From an uncultured Methanolobus sp. (GTDB taxonomy: Archaea; Halobacteriota; Methanosarcinia; Methanosarcinales; Methanosarcinaceae): a stretch of 64,000 nt of DNA. A model generated the notes under the pieces. It searched no databases. It was not told where the DNA came from and was given only the letters and a program-made list of their open reading frames with translations. The stretch lies in assembly GCA_963675495.1 (NCBI GenBank), contig OY776215.1:928001-992000 (forward strand), in the 5' to 3' direction. Positions 1-9,169 of this stretch are shown one piece after another. Within the stretch, counting starts at the first letter, position 1, and every line of letters starts with the position of its first letter. A program made the translations under genes and the position numbers.

Positions 1-191
1 AGTGCCTGGATTATATCGTGAATGGTGAACTCGCCTTTTGCAACCCTGAGAACCATCGGATAGATGAATGAACAATCATCAATGGCACTCCAACGCTTTT
101 CCCCAACTGTTCTTATCAATTCGTCCATAACCTTCCCGCACTCATTACAATATCTGGTTTCACTTTCAATACCACAAACAATACAGTTCAT
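1..191 (-). CDS. Small Cys-rich (zinc-ribbon-like) hypothetical protein, truncated by the window edge
   Basis: Hand translation from ATG at 191 (minus): MNCIVCGIESETRYCNECGKVMDELIRTVGEKRWSAIDDCSFIYPMVLRVAKGEFTIHDIIQA. Two CxxC motifs and a GGAGG SD just upstream. Not in the supplied ORF track. Confidence 0.7.
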   Translation of the reverse strand, partial: MNCIVCGIESETRYCNECGKVMDELIRTVGEKRWSAIDDCSFIYPMVLRVAKGEFTIHDIIQA

Positions 192-429
192 GAATTTTCC
201 TCCACATTTTTGTTTTACCACAGGTTCCAATCTATGGTTATTTTAAATGTTTGTACTGATACTATTTAGGTTTTGAGTTACGAAATGGTCAGTTGTATAC
301 ATATTTGGAAAAACGGACATACATTAATCTTCTAAAAATACTTTGTACATGAATTCCCCAGATAATACGGTCATTTCTACGATATCTTTTAGTACATTAG
401 CATAAAAACGTTAATCAGTTAATGAAAAA

Positions 430-1719
430 ATGGGGGAAATGATATTGATACCTAATAATATCGAACGGATTCATTTTGACAGCATAAATACATGCAACCT
501 GTGCATGATGGAACTGGAAAATGTGTATGAAAATTTGATTCTTTCATCAGAAGAAATTGACCTGCTCGACATGCCAAAACGTTCCTTTACGGTTCATTTC
601 CCAATCCGTATGGATTCAGGAGATACAAAAATGTTCGTTGGACACAGGGTCCAGTATAACGATGCACGGGGACCAACAAAAGGAGGTATCAGATATCACC
701 CCGAACTTAACCTTGAAAATCTCAAGAACCTTGCATTTTTGATGGCAATAAAATGTGCTCTGGTAAACATACCTTTTGGAGGAGCAAAGGGTGGAATTGT
801 TGTCAATACGAAGGAAATCAGCAGGGACGAAATGGAAAGGATAACAAGAGCTTATATTCGTGAAATATCGGACATAATCGGACCATTCAAGGACATACCT
901 GCACCCGACGCGTACACTGATGAAAAGGTCATGGTATGGATACTTGACGAATTCGAAAGGATCAAAGGAAAGCATGTCCCTTCGATAGTTACAGGCAAAC
1001 CAATTGAACTGGGAGGCAGTGAAGTAAGAAATATTTCTACAGCTCTAGGCGGGGTTTATGTACTTGAGGAAGCCCTGAAAACAACAGATCTGGACAAAGC
1101 CACCCTTGGTGTTGCGATCCAGGGATTTGGAAACGTAGGGAGGAATGCCGCTGAGATCCTTTATGAAAGAGGATACAGGATATGTGCTATTAGTGATTCC
1201 AACGGCGGAATAGCCAACAAAGATGGCCTTGATATCCCTAAAGTAATAGAGCATAAATATCAGACAGGAACTGTTCTTGATTTCCCAAATAGTAAAAACA
1301 TAAGCAACGAGGAATTGTTGACATCAGACTGTGATATCCTTATACCTGCTGCTCTTTCAAAACAGATCGATGGGAAAAATGTCAGGGACATTAAGACAAA
1401 GATAATCATGGAACTGGCAAATGCACCTACAACACTTGATGCCAGCAAGATGTTGATCGATCAGGGAGTATTGGTCATACCTGACATACTGGCAAATGCA
1501 GGTGGTGTAGTGGTAAGTTACTTCGAATGGATACAGAACCTCAATCAGGACTACTGGGAAGAGGAAAAGGTCCTGAAAAAACTCAAGCAGACAATGGTAA
1601 ATGCCTTTGCAAATGTCCACATTATCTGCATTGATGAAAAATGCACCATGAGACGGGCAGCACTGCAATTTGCAATAAGGAGTATTCTTCATGCAGAGAG
1701 ATTAAGGGGTAATCTTTGA
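430..1719 (+). CDS. gdhA: Glu/Leu/Phe/Val dehydrogenase family, glutamate dehydrogenase (true start may be slightly downstream)
   Basis: RVQYNDARGPTKGGIRYHP, GGAKGG, DIPAPD, QGFGNVG nucleotide-binding motif and PDILANAGGVVVSYFEW. Confidence 0.9.
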   Translation: MGEMILIPNNIERIHFDSINTCNLCMMELENVYENLILSSEEIDLLDMPKRSFTVHFPIRMDSGDTKMFVGHRVQYNDARGPTKGGIRYHPELNLENLKNLAFLMAIKCALVNIPFGGAKGGIVVNTKEISRDEMERITRAYIREISDIIGPFKDIPAPDAYTDEKVMVWILDEFERIKGKHVPSIVTGKPIELGGSEVRNISTALGGVYVLEEALKTTDLDKATLGVAIQGFGNVGRNAAEILYERGYRICAISDSNGGIANKDGLDIPKVIEHKYQTGTVLDFPNSKNISNEELLTSDCDILIPAALSKQIDGKNVRDIKTKIIMELANAPTTLDASKMLIDQGVLVIPDILANAGGVVVSYFEWIQNLNQDYWEEEKVLKKLKQTMVNAFANVHIICIDEKCTMRRAALQFAIRSILHAERLRGNL

Positions 1720-1865
1720 GCGTTGATATTTTTAATTTGTATTCCGCTCAAAATTTCTTCATACTACTTTTTTGGCCCTAATCGAAATTACAGCGTTATA
1801 TTAATAAAATAACCGTCCATTATTCAGCGACATAATACTAATTCATATTTTCCAGAGGTAAAAAC

Positions 1866-3011
1866 TTGTCAGATAATATTTTTGATATTAAGGTCGGTAA
1901 TTTCTCTTTCAGAAACCCAATTGCACTTGCTCCCATGGGAGGAATAACCAACAGTAGTTTTGCAAATGAAAAAGCAAAGGATGCAGGTCTTGTAATAATT
2001 GGAGGATACAACCTTGATGCTGCAACACAGAATGCAGCATCTGAAATGCTTGCAAGAGGAAGAGAAGATTTCGTATCGGACGAACCTTTGAAGCTCATTG
2101 AAAACGAGATCAAAGCAGTGGATGAAGGACCTGTCGTAGGCGTCAATGTAAGGAGTGCAACGATAGAACCCCTAATTGAAGCTGCCACAATTGTAAAGGA
2201 AGCAGATGCCATTCTGGAACTGGATGCCCATTGCAGGCAAAAAGAGATCACAGATATAGGAACAGGACAGGCACTTCTCAGTGACCTTACGAAACTCTGT
2301 GAATGGATCGGCAGGATCAAGGAAACCGGTGTTATCCTTTCTGTCAAGGTGCGTGCTAATGTAGTTGATGACATTGCGCTGGTAAAGAAAATAGAAACAG
2401 CAGGAGCTGACATACTTCACCTTGATACAATGAAGGAAGGTGCCGGAGCTGATCTCGATCTCATAAAGAATGTACGTGATTCCACAAGGATGTTCCTCAT
2501 ATGCAACAACTCTGTGACTGACATAGATGCTGCAAAAGATATGTTCACAAGAGGAGCAGAGATGGTTTCCGTTGCAAGGGGAGTACTTGAGCAACCAGGA
2601 CTTATAAGTAACCTTGTCAACAGAATATCCACCCAGCAGGAAGATATGGGCTGGTACAATGCACCAAAACATATTTGCAGAGGACAAGGAGACCTGAGAG
2701 GACTGGCATTTTGTTGTATGCCTGTTAAACAATGCCCCATACATAATAGCATCGCAAAACTTGGTTACTCTGCTCAGGAATTTGCAGATACTAAAATGGA
2801 GTTTGCTAAAGGTACTATGTTAGAATATGGAGATAGCACTTGTTTTGGAAGTCTGGCATGGTGCTGTAAGCTATCAAAACCCTGTTATCTCAGAGATGGA
2901 GTACTGGAAACATTGGGAGTTTCAGATGCAGAATATATGCGCCTGAAGAAAGAACTTGCAGATTACATTATTGACAATGCTAAAAAGCCCATCAACGGCT
3001 CAAAGAATTAA
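1866..3011 (+). CDS. Methanogenesis marker 9 domain protein (MJ0144/Dus-like TIM barrel plus Cys-rich C-terminal domain)
   Basis: LAPMGGIT, ELDAHCRQ and SVKVRAN TIM-barrel motifs; C-terminal GDLRGLAFCC..CFGSLAWCCK..PC. Confidence 0.85.
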   Translation: MSDNIFDIKVGNFSFRNPIALAPMGGITNSSFANEKAKDAGLVIIGGYNLDAATQNAASEMLARGREDFVSDEPLKLIENEIKAVDEGPVVGVNVRSATIEPLIEAATIVKEADAILELDAHCRQKEITDIGTGQALLSDLTKLCEWIGRIKETGVILSVKVRANVVDDIALVKKIETAGADILHLDTMKEGAGADLDLIKNVRDSTRMFLICNNSVTDIDAAKDMFTRGAEMVSVARGVLEQPGLISNLVNRISTQQEDMGWYNAPKHICRGQGDLRGLAFCCMPVKQCPIHNSIAKLGYSAQEFADTKMEFAKGTMLEYGDSTCFGSLAWCCKLSKPCYLRDGVLETLGVSDAEYMRLKKELADYIIDNAKKPINGSKN

Positions 3012-3017
3012 GCAGAC

Positions 3018-3974
3018 ATGAAAGACTCACTTTACGCAATTGATAGAGGAAACTATCCCCTCTCATCCTACATTGCACGCTGTGCCCAGCTTGCAATGTG
3101 CCTGGAAGTTTCCGCCTCTCCAAAACCGGGGAACATTGACAGGCACAATGACTATGAAGATACACGCTACGAGCATTTCCTAGCATCAGCTACCGGTATT
3201 TATCCGGTGATCGAGGAGGCTTCATCAAAAACAGAGGGTGTTGGCAAGTTCATCAGAAATGCCGTTACCGAGAGCGTAAGATGGCAAAGGGGTGGAAATA
3301 CACACTTTGGAGCATTCATACTTCTAATGCCTCTTGCAATGGCCGCCGGGGAGATTCTTCAGGAAGATGAACCTTTTACCATCCAACAACTGATAGAGTG
3401 CGCATACAGGATTGCAAAGAACACAGATACATCCGATTCGGTTAACTTTTATAGCTGTTTTGAAGCGGCAGGCGTAAAGGTAAATCCTGCAGATGAGTTT
3501 GATCTTCAGAATAAGGAAGCTATTGGTGAGCTTAACGAAAAAGACATGAGCCTCTACAAGCTCATGGATATTGCCAGGGGATATGACCTGATAGCAAACG
3601 AGTGGGTCACTGGCTTTAAAAGATGTGGCGCATGTGCTGAAATAATAATTGATGGTATGAACGGTAACCTTAATCCAAAAGTTAAAGCCGACATCAATGA
3701 CGTAGCAGTCTATGCTTTTATGAAGACACTTGCTGAGAATGAAGACACCTTCATCAGTACTAAGTACGATAATGAAACCGCTGCATATGTGTCAGGTCAG
3801 GCAAAATTAATAATCGAAGAAATATATAAAACTAATGAAGACTTTAATACTATACTACCATTGATAAAAAAACTGGATGAGGAGCTTCTGGAAAGAAAAA
3901 TAAATCCAGGGTCCACGGCAGACATTGTAATTGCCGGTCTGTTTATCTCACTGCTTGCAGGAGTCAGGTTCTAA
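3018..3974 (+). CDS. citG: Triphosphoribosyl-dephospho-CoA synthase (CitG) family protein
   Basis: LEVSASPKPGNIDR, NTHFGAFILL and INPGSTAD motifs. Confidence 0.85.
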   Translation: MKDSLYAIDRGNYPLSSYIARCAQLAMCLEVSASPKPGNIDRHNDYEDTRYEHFLASATGIYPVIEEASSKTEGVGKFIRNAVTESVRWQRGGNTHFGAFILLMPLAMAAGEILQEDEPFTIQQLIECAYRIAKNTDTSDSVNFYSCFEAAGVKVNPADEFDLQNKEAIGELNEKDMSLYKLMDIARGYDLIANEWVTGFKRCGACAEIIIDGMNGNLNPKVKADINDVAVYAFMKTLAENEDTFISTKYDNETAAYVSGQAKLIIEEIYKTNEDFNTILPLIKKLDEELLERKINPGSTADIVIAGLFISLLAGVRF

Positions 3975-4561
3975 TGCTTAATAAGATAAAATATGACCAT
4001 TTCGGAATTTATGACGGCATATCAGAAACCATTGTTACAACAAGCAGAGGATGGACACCAAACGCCGCCCCCATGGGCATCATCCGGAAAAAAGACAAAT
4101 TATTCGTACGTATGTTCAAAGGTTCTAATACCTACAACAATGTGCTTTCAGAGAAAACTCTCGTCGTAAATATTACTCTGGACCCTTTGGTCTTCGTCAA
4201 TTCAACATTCGCTGACCTTGATGATTCTGATTTTGAAAGTGTGAACATGGGCGGCAGGAATTTTGTTGCTCTGAAAAAAGCCCAATGCTGGATCGCTTTT
4301 GATTGTGCGAACACCAAGCTCACATCAGAAGCACTTGTAACAGAACTTGTACCTGTAGGAACCCGTATGAACAAGCCACTAATAAGAGCTCCTAACCGTG
4401 GTCTTTTCGGAGTCATCGAGTCATGCATACATGCAACCAGGTATCAGCTTACATCTGAGGATAAATACCTCAAGCTTATCAAAGCATACGGGGACATAGT
4501 AGACAAATGCGGCGGAGATAATGAAAAAGAAGCAATGAAATTGCTCTACGGCTATCTCTGA
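3974..4561 (+). CDS. DUF447 family protein
   Basis: ETIVTT..PNAAPMGI..GSNTYNN and NRG..ES.IHATR; start overlaps the citG stop. Confidence 0.8.
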   Translation: MLNKIKYDHFGIYDGISETIVTTSRGWTPNAAPMGIIRKKDKLFVRMFKGSNTYNNVLSEKTLVVNITLDPLVFVNSTFADLDDSDFESVNMGGRNFVALKKAQCWIAFDCANTKLTSEALVTELVPVGTRMNKPLIRAPNRGLFGVIESCIHATRYQLTSEDKYLKLIKAYGDIVDKCGGDNEKEAMKLLYGYL

Positions 4562-4609
4562 ACTGTCCCGATGAAAAGAATATAATACAAAAAAGACTAT
4601 TTCCTCCCC

Positions 4610-5314
4610 ATGAAAAAAACGATAGCATGGGGAATCACCGGAGCCGGTCATTTCCTTACATCCAGTTTCGGGATATTCAGGCAACTTAAAAATGAGAACG
4701 ACATCAGAGTGAATACTTTTCTATCCAGTGCTGCCGAAGAAGTTGTAAGGATGTACGGACTTGAAAAGGAACTGGAAACAATATCCTGTGGTGAATATCT
4801 TGAAGAGATCTTCCTTGAGACACAGCAGGGAAAAAGCTGGCCAAAAACAGGACGTTTCCTGCTTGACAAATATGATGCACTCATTGTCACTCCGGCTACC
4901 TCCAACACCGTATCCAAGATTGCACACGGTACTGCAGATTCGCTAGTCAGCAATGCTGTTGCACAGGCTGTGAAAGGAAGCGTACCGGTCTATATCGTGC
5001 CTGTTGACATTGCAGGTGTTGTGGTATCGGAACTCCCTTTTGGCATTGCCAGGGAACTATGCCAGAAATGTGACCCATGCCCACCAAGGGATAGCTGTCC
5101 TAATAATGCTATAAGCGACCAGATAGACCTGCTCAAATGTAGTGGATGTGGAATTTGCAAGGAACTTTGCAATTTTAATGCTATCAAGGGCGGACCTGTT
5201 GAATTGAAGGTAAGGGATATCGATGCAAGGAACGTAGACATCATCAAAGAACTTGAAGGCATAACAGTATTGGAAAAACCGGAAGACATACCGGGAATTC
5301 TTGCAGATATCTAA
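4610..5314 (+). CDS. dmrX: Dihydromethanopterin reductase (acceptor), flavoprotein with 4Fe-4S motifs
   Basis: IAWGITGAGH and PATSNTVSKIAHGTADSLV (HFCD/AfpA flavoprotein) plus CQKCDPC..CP and CSGCGICKELC. Confidence 0.85.
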   Translation: MKKTIAWGITGAGHFLTSSFGIFRQLKNENDIRVNTFLSSAAEEVVRMYGLEKELETISCGEYLEEIFLETQQGKSWPKTGRFLLDKYDALIVTPATSNTVSKIAHGTADSLVSNAVAQAVKGSVPVYIVPVDIAGVVVSELPFGIARELCQKCDPCPPRDSCPNNAISDQIDLLKCSGCGICKELCNFNAIKGGPVELKVRDIDARNVDIIKELEGITVLEKPEDIPGILADI

Positions 5315-5337
5315 GTTCGGCACTTCATATGATCCTA

Positions 5338-6009
5338 TTATCTTATTCCAAGACGTCTGCCAAGTTTATTCACATGGCCGATAAACATCTGTTTTACAAC
5401 AAAGGACATTGGAGTTTTTCCACCACCGGGACTGGTACGGCCTTGGCGTATGGCAGCCAGCACATCTTCAACTGTTCCGGACTCGACGTCTATATTTGTA
5501 TATGACCTTCCAACCATCTCTGCTTCGTGAGAATCACTTCCGCCGACCATGGGAAATCCCAGTTCCTGGGCAGCATTCCTTGCTTTGTTGTTAGGACCAT
5601 CAGTTACACAACGGGAATTCAACACTTCCACAGCATCAGTATCAAGCCCTTCAACGTAACCTATGCCATGGGATGTTACCTTAAATGGGTGAGGGATTAT
5701 TACAACAGCTCCCTGCTGTCGTGCCCTTTTGATAGTTTCTTCAGGACTTAGTCCAGGTTCTATAGGTTCATGGATACCAAGTGCAAGAATGTGACCTTTA
5801 GAAGAACTCACTTCCACCCCAGGTATGACGATCATGTCCGAACCGATTTCCTTTGCCCTTCTGGAACATTCTATGCCGCCTTCTATGACATCATGATCAC
5901 ATACGGCAAAACCGTCAAGCCCATTTCTTGCTGCATATTCGAGAATATCATCAAGACTGGCATTGCTATCTTTTGAATAACAGGAATGAACGTGAAGATC
6001 GAACTTCAT
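5338..6009 (-). CDS. PHP domain metal-dependent phosphoesterase
   Basis: DLHVHS, DHD, PGVEVS, GHIL, PHPF and GGSDSH motifs. Confidence 0.9.
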   Translation of the reverse strand: MKFDLHVHSCYSKDSNASLDDILEYAARNGLDGFAVCDHDVIEGGIECSRRAKEIGSDMIVIPGVEVSSSKGHILALGIHEPIEPGLSPEETIKRARQQGAVVIIPHPFKVTSHGIGYVEGLDTDAVEVLNSRCVTDGPNNKARNAAQELGFPMVGGSDSHEAEMVGRSYTNIDVESGTVEDVLAAIRQGRTSPGGGKTPMSFVVKQMFIGHVNKLGRRLGIR

Positions 6010-6049
6010 GGAAGTATCTTAGTCTTCAGAGTTTATAAAGATAATTTAG

Positions 6050-6150
6050 AACAAGGAGAATTGGTTGGTTGCGAACGGGCAATAGAATTTTGGTGGTTGG
6101 GTGGTTGGATAGGATTGGTGGTACATTAGAGAAGTTACACCCGTTCGCAT
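6050..6150 (-). ncRNA. Candidate small RNA: 10-bp closing stem around a C-rich (CCACC/CCAACC) loop
   Basis: TGCGAACGGG (6070-6079) and CCCGTTCGCA (6140-6149) form a perfect inverted repeat. TATATATA lies about 25 nt upstream on the minus strand (6172-6182), and a pyrimidine/U-rich tail follows. No credible ORF. Confidence 0.55.
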
Positions 6151-6223
6151 ACATACAAACTACCTTATCACATATATATATAGCGCTGCTAATAAAATTG
6201 GTTAAAAGCAGATATTATGTAAT

Positions 6224-7474
6224 TTAAGGCAGTTTTTCCACTAAAGAAATGGCTTTATTTATAATCTTGTCCCTTGCTTCAAAATCTATTGAAATATCTT
6301 TATCGTACTTTATGTTGTGAACAAGACCTTCATCAAATATCCATGCTACAAGGGACATCCCTTCCTCGGACATAGGGAAAGAGAGGCTTATGCGTTCCCA
6401 TTCAGGAAGTTGATGACGAATCTGCGCTTTTAGTTCATCGAATCCAGAACCACTTTTTGCTGACACAGATACAGGATTAGGAGCAAGATACCCAAGAGCC
6501 AGCATACTTTCTGTCAGTTCTTTTTCGTCTACAAGGTCAGTTTTATTGAAAACTGTAACAATAGCAACATCCTGTAGTTGATTCCACATTGTTTCGTGGC
6601 ATACAAGCAATTTTTTGCGTATATTTTCCAGGTCTTCGGAAGAATCAACAACAAGAAGAACAACATCTGCAAGGAATATTTCGTCAAGGGTCGATCTGAA
6701 AGCATCCACCATCCAGTGAGGAAGATCTTCAATAAACCCTACTGTATCCGTTAGCAGAACATCACGACCCTCTACGTTCAAAGAGCGGGTTGTAGGAAGT
6801 AGCGTAGTGAACAACATATCCCTGGACTCAACACTCTCATCTACAAGAGCATTGAAAAGGGTACTTTTTCCTGCGTTGGTATATCCTGCAAGTGCCACCA
6901 GTGAAAAACCCCGGGAATGCCTGTGAGCCCGGAGGGATTCGTTGTCCTTCTGTATCGTTTCCAGCTCTTTGCTGATACGGATCATACGGTTCTTTATATC
7001 CTGAGCATAGGAATCCTCGTAACCTCCAAGACCCATAAAACCCGGCCTCTCATCTTTTTTAAGGATAGATATCACAGCTCTGGCCCTTGGGAGCTCATAT
7101 TGGAGCCTTGCCAGTTCGACCTGTAGTTTGGAACGGTGAGTCGTTGCTCTGGTTGCGAATATCTCAAGAATTAGCTGGAATTTGTCTATGGTTTCACAAC
7201 GACATATTTCTGAGATATTGTATATCTGCATCGTGCTTAATGGATTATGGAATATTATTTTATCAGGTTTCAGATGAACAACCATTTGAGCTAATTCATC
7301 CACCTTCCCCCTTCCAAGATGGAACTTCCTGTCAGGATGCCTGGTCTGGGTTAATTCACACAGAACTTCATAACCTGCGGCACTGGCCAGTTCCCTGAGC
7401 TCATTGAGCTGAAGTAGGTTCTTTTCATCTTCAGACCTTGGGTCATTCCGCTTTACTAAAATAACGCTTTTCAT
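6224..7474 (-). CDS. hflX: GTPase HflX
   Basis: LQVELARLQY, G1 GYTNAGKST, DTVGFI and NKTD. Start taken at ATG 7474 because the longer ORF start overlaps the upstream gene. Confidence 0.93.
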   Translation of the reverse strand: MKSVILVKRNDPRSEDEKNLLQLNELRELASAAGYEVLCELTQTRHPDRKFHLGRGKVDELAQMVVHLKPDKIIFHNPLSTMQIYNISEICRCETIDKFQLILEIFATRATTHRSKLQVELARLQYELPRARAVISILKKDERPGFMGLGGYEDSYAQDIKNRMIRISKELETIQKDNESLRAHRHSRGFSLVALAGYTNAGKSTLFNALVDESVESRDMLFTTLLPTTRSLNVEGRDVLLTDTVGFIEDLPHWMVDAFRSTLDEIFLADVVLLVVDSSEDLENIRKKLLVCHETMWNQLQDVAIVTVFNKTDLVDEKELTESMLALGYLAPNPVSVSAKSGSGFDELKAQIRHQLPEWERISLSFPMSEEGMSLVAWIFDEGLVHNIKYDKDISIDFEARDKIINKAISLVEKLP

Positions 7475-7499
7475 GAGGATAACCTGATTTCCTGAATGG

Positions 7500-7892
7500 T
7501 CATTGAATGCCCAGCTCTTTAAGAAGGAGTTTTCTTGAACTAAGCGATACATGATGGGCAATCTCAATGCATCTTCTTTCGCTCAAGGATTCCTGATATT
7601 TGAAATCATCAGAGAACATGCTGTCAATAAGCCATTGGGGTTTATTGTACATATCACCGGCTTCTGTGACGATGGTACCACTGAACCTGAGTTCTGAAAC
7701 AGTATCTTCGATCATCTTCACAACATATGGGATGTCAGGGGCAGATCTACTCCTGAATGACCTGATGGCTATCTGGTTGACCTTCTCTACATGATCAGCG
7801 GTAACGGATGCAGCAACAACTGCACATACCATCAGATATTCGTCACCGTTCTTATGACGTCCTGAAATGTCCACTGCTATTATGTCAAACAT
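7500..7892 (-). CDS. DUF2209-like conserved methanogen protein
   Basis: IAVDISGRH...MVCA N-terminus and IEIAHHVSLSSRKLL; lies between endA and hflX. Confidence 0.7.
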   Translation of the reverse strand: MFDIIAVDISGRHKNGDEYLMVCAVVAASVTADHVEKVNQIAIRSFRSRSAPDIPYVVKMIEDTVSELRFSGTIVTEAGDMYNKPQWLIDSMFSDDFKYQESLSERRCIEIAHHVSLSSRKLLLKELGIQ

Positions 7893-7956
7893 CTGCTAAA
7901 GCAAATACAGGTATATTATATAAGTTTGAGCAGAATTTTTACATTTGCATAGACAT

Positions 7957-9024
7957 TTACATCTTTATTCTGCCGATGTCGATATACTCAATACCACTTG
8001 CAAATTCCACAGCATACAACATCTGTTTCCTGACACTGTTGGCAAGTCTTACTGCCCTGGACATTAGAGGTAGGAAAAATTCATAGTCCTGCGGAATTGC
8101 ATGGACCAGATGATCTGAATGAGGAAGCTTGTTCAGGGATTTTACTTCATTGTATACCCTGAAATGAGTACCGAACTTAAAGCCGGTCTTTGGAACAAAA
8201 CCCCTACTTCGAAGATCAACATATGTACTGTACTTGCGTTCAAAATCAGGATCTATGGATGCTGCCGTCTCGGAAAATCCGACAAGGTCTGGAATATTCC
8301 CTGTTGTGCCATCCTTTATCTCTATGAGACCCTGCTCCAGCAAGTGTGCAGACTCTACCAGGGACAACTGGAGACGCTCATTATCAAGAGGCTTGCCGTA
8401 AAAACCATTTTCATAAAGCAAATGTGAAGCCTGTTCATCCCATATCAGGACACGATCCTCCAGCATAGTTGCAGCAATTGCCCCATCCTGTGGAATGACA
8501 GCTTCCATGCCGCCTTTAATATCTGCTTTTTTGACCTCATAATAGGTCAGATCACTTTCCTCATCAACGATGGCAAGCACCATTTGCTTGCGAACATTCA
8601 CCGCTGCAGTGTACTGGGAAAGAAGGTCCTTAATAGGCATGGGGATACGCTCGGACCTTACGTAGACAAACATCTTTGCCTGGGTCTTGCCGGGGTGGCC
8701 TCCCCTTGGATATACCCTGAAATCCGTAACACTGGGCTGGACGTAGTATCCTCTCTCACGGAGGTCCTTGTAAACGATATACTTCAATTCAAAGAACTGC
8801 TGCCTTTTTGAGGCTTCTGTGAAAAACTCCTCAAATGTAAGAGGTTCTTCATCCATGGCAATCTCAAGTTTGCTCTTGTAAAGCAAATATGCTGCTTCAA
8901 CAAGTGTGAGTTCAAGAACATCGCCCTTTGGACGCCCGTAATACCCGGTGTTATACAGCTCATTGATAGCCTGTTTCCCGGCCTTTACCCTATCTTTGAC
9001 AAGTTTTCCGATCAAAAAGTTCAC
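7957..9024 (-). CDS. endA: tRNA-splicing endonuclease (tRNA-intron lyase), homodimeric two-repeat type
   Basis: Two repeats: LELTLVEAAYL..VYKDLRERGY and LQLSLVESAHL..DLRSRGFVPKTGFKFGTHFRVY..HS..RLANSVRK. Confidence 0.92.
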   Translation of the reverse strand: MNFLIGKLVKDRVKAGKQAINELYNTGYYGRPKGDVLELTLVEAAYLLYKSKLEIAMDEEPLTFEEFFTEASKRQQFFELKYIVYKDLRERGYYVQPSVTDFRVYPRGGHPGKTQAKMFVYVRSERIPMPIKDLLSQYTAAVNVRKQMVLAIVDEESDLTYYEVKKADIKGGMEAVIPQDGAIAATMLEDRVLIWDEQASHLLYENGFYGKPLDNERLQLSLVESAHLLEQGLIEIKDGTTGNIPDLVGFSETAASIDPDFERKYSTYVDLRSRGFVPKTGFKFGTHFRVYNEVKSLNKLPHSDHLVHAIPQDYEFFLPLMSRAVRLANSVRKQMLYAVEFASGIEYIDIGRIKM

Positions 9025-9169
9025 CTGAATTGAATAAAAATATGTGTAAGAATGTATATGAGTTCAAATATTGGACTACCTATTTAACCATAGTGGACTG
9101 GAATCTGCGATTTCAAAAAACAATCCAATTTTTGTAGTAGAGAAAAATGAAAGAGGAGAAAGTTGATAC

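Noticed and set aside
280-420. Short direct repeats (ACGGACA/ACGGTCA/ATGGTCA) and a possible NrpR box upstream of gdh
   Set aside because: Irregular spacing and no GGAA-N6-TTCC match; too weak to call
6050-6154. Small peptide ORF on the minus strand over the sRNA candidate
   Set aside because: No SD and low-complexity Pro/Asn/Thr translation; the stem and loop pattern is better explained as RNA structure
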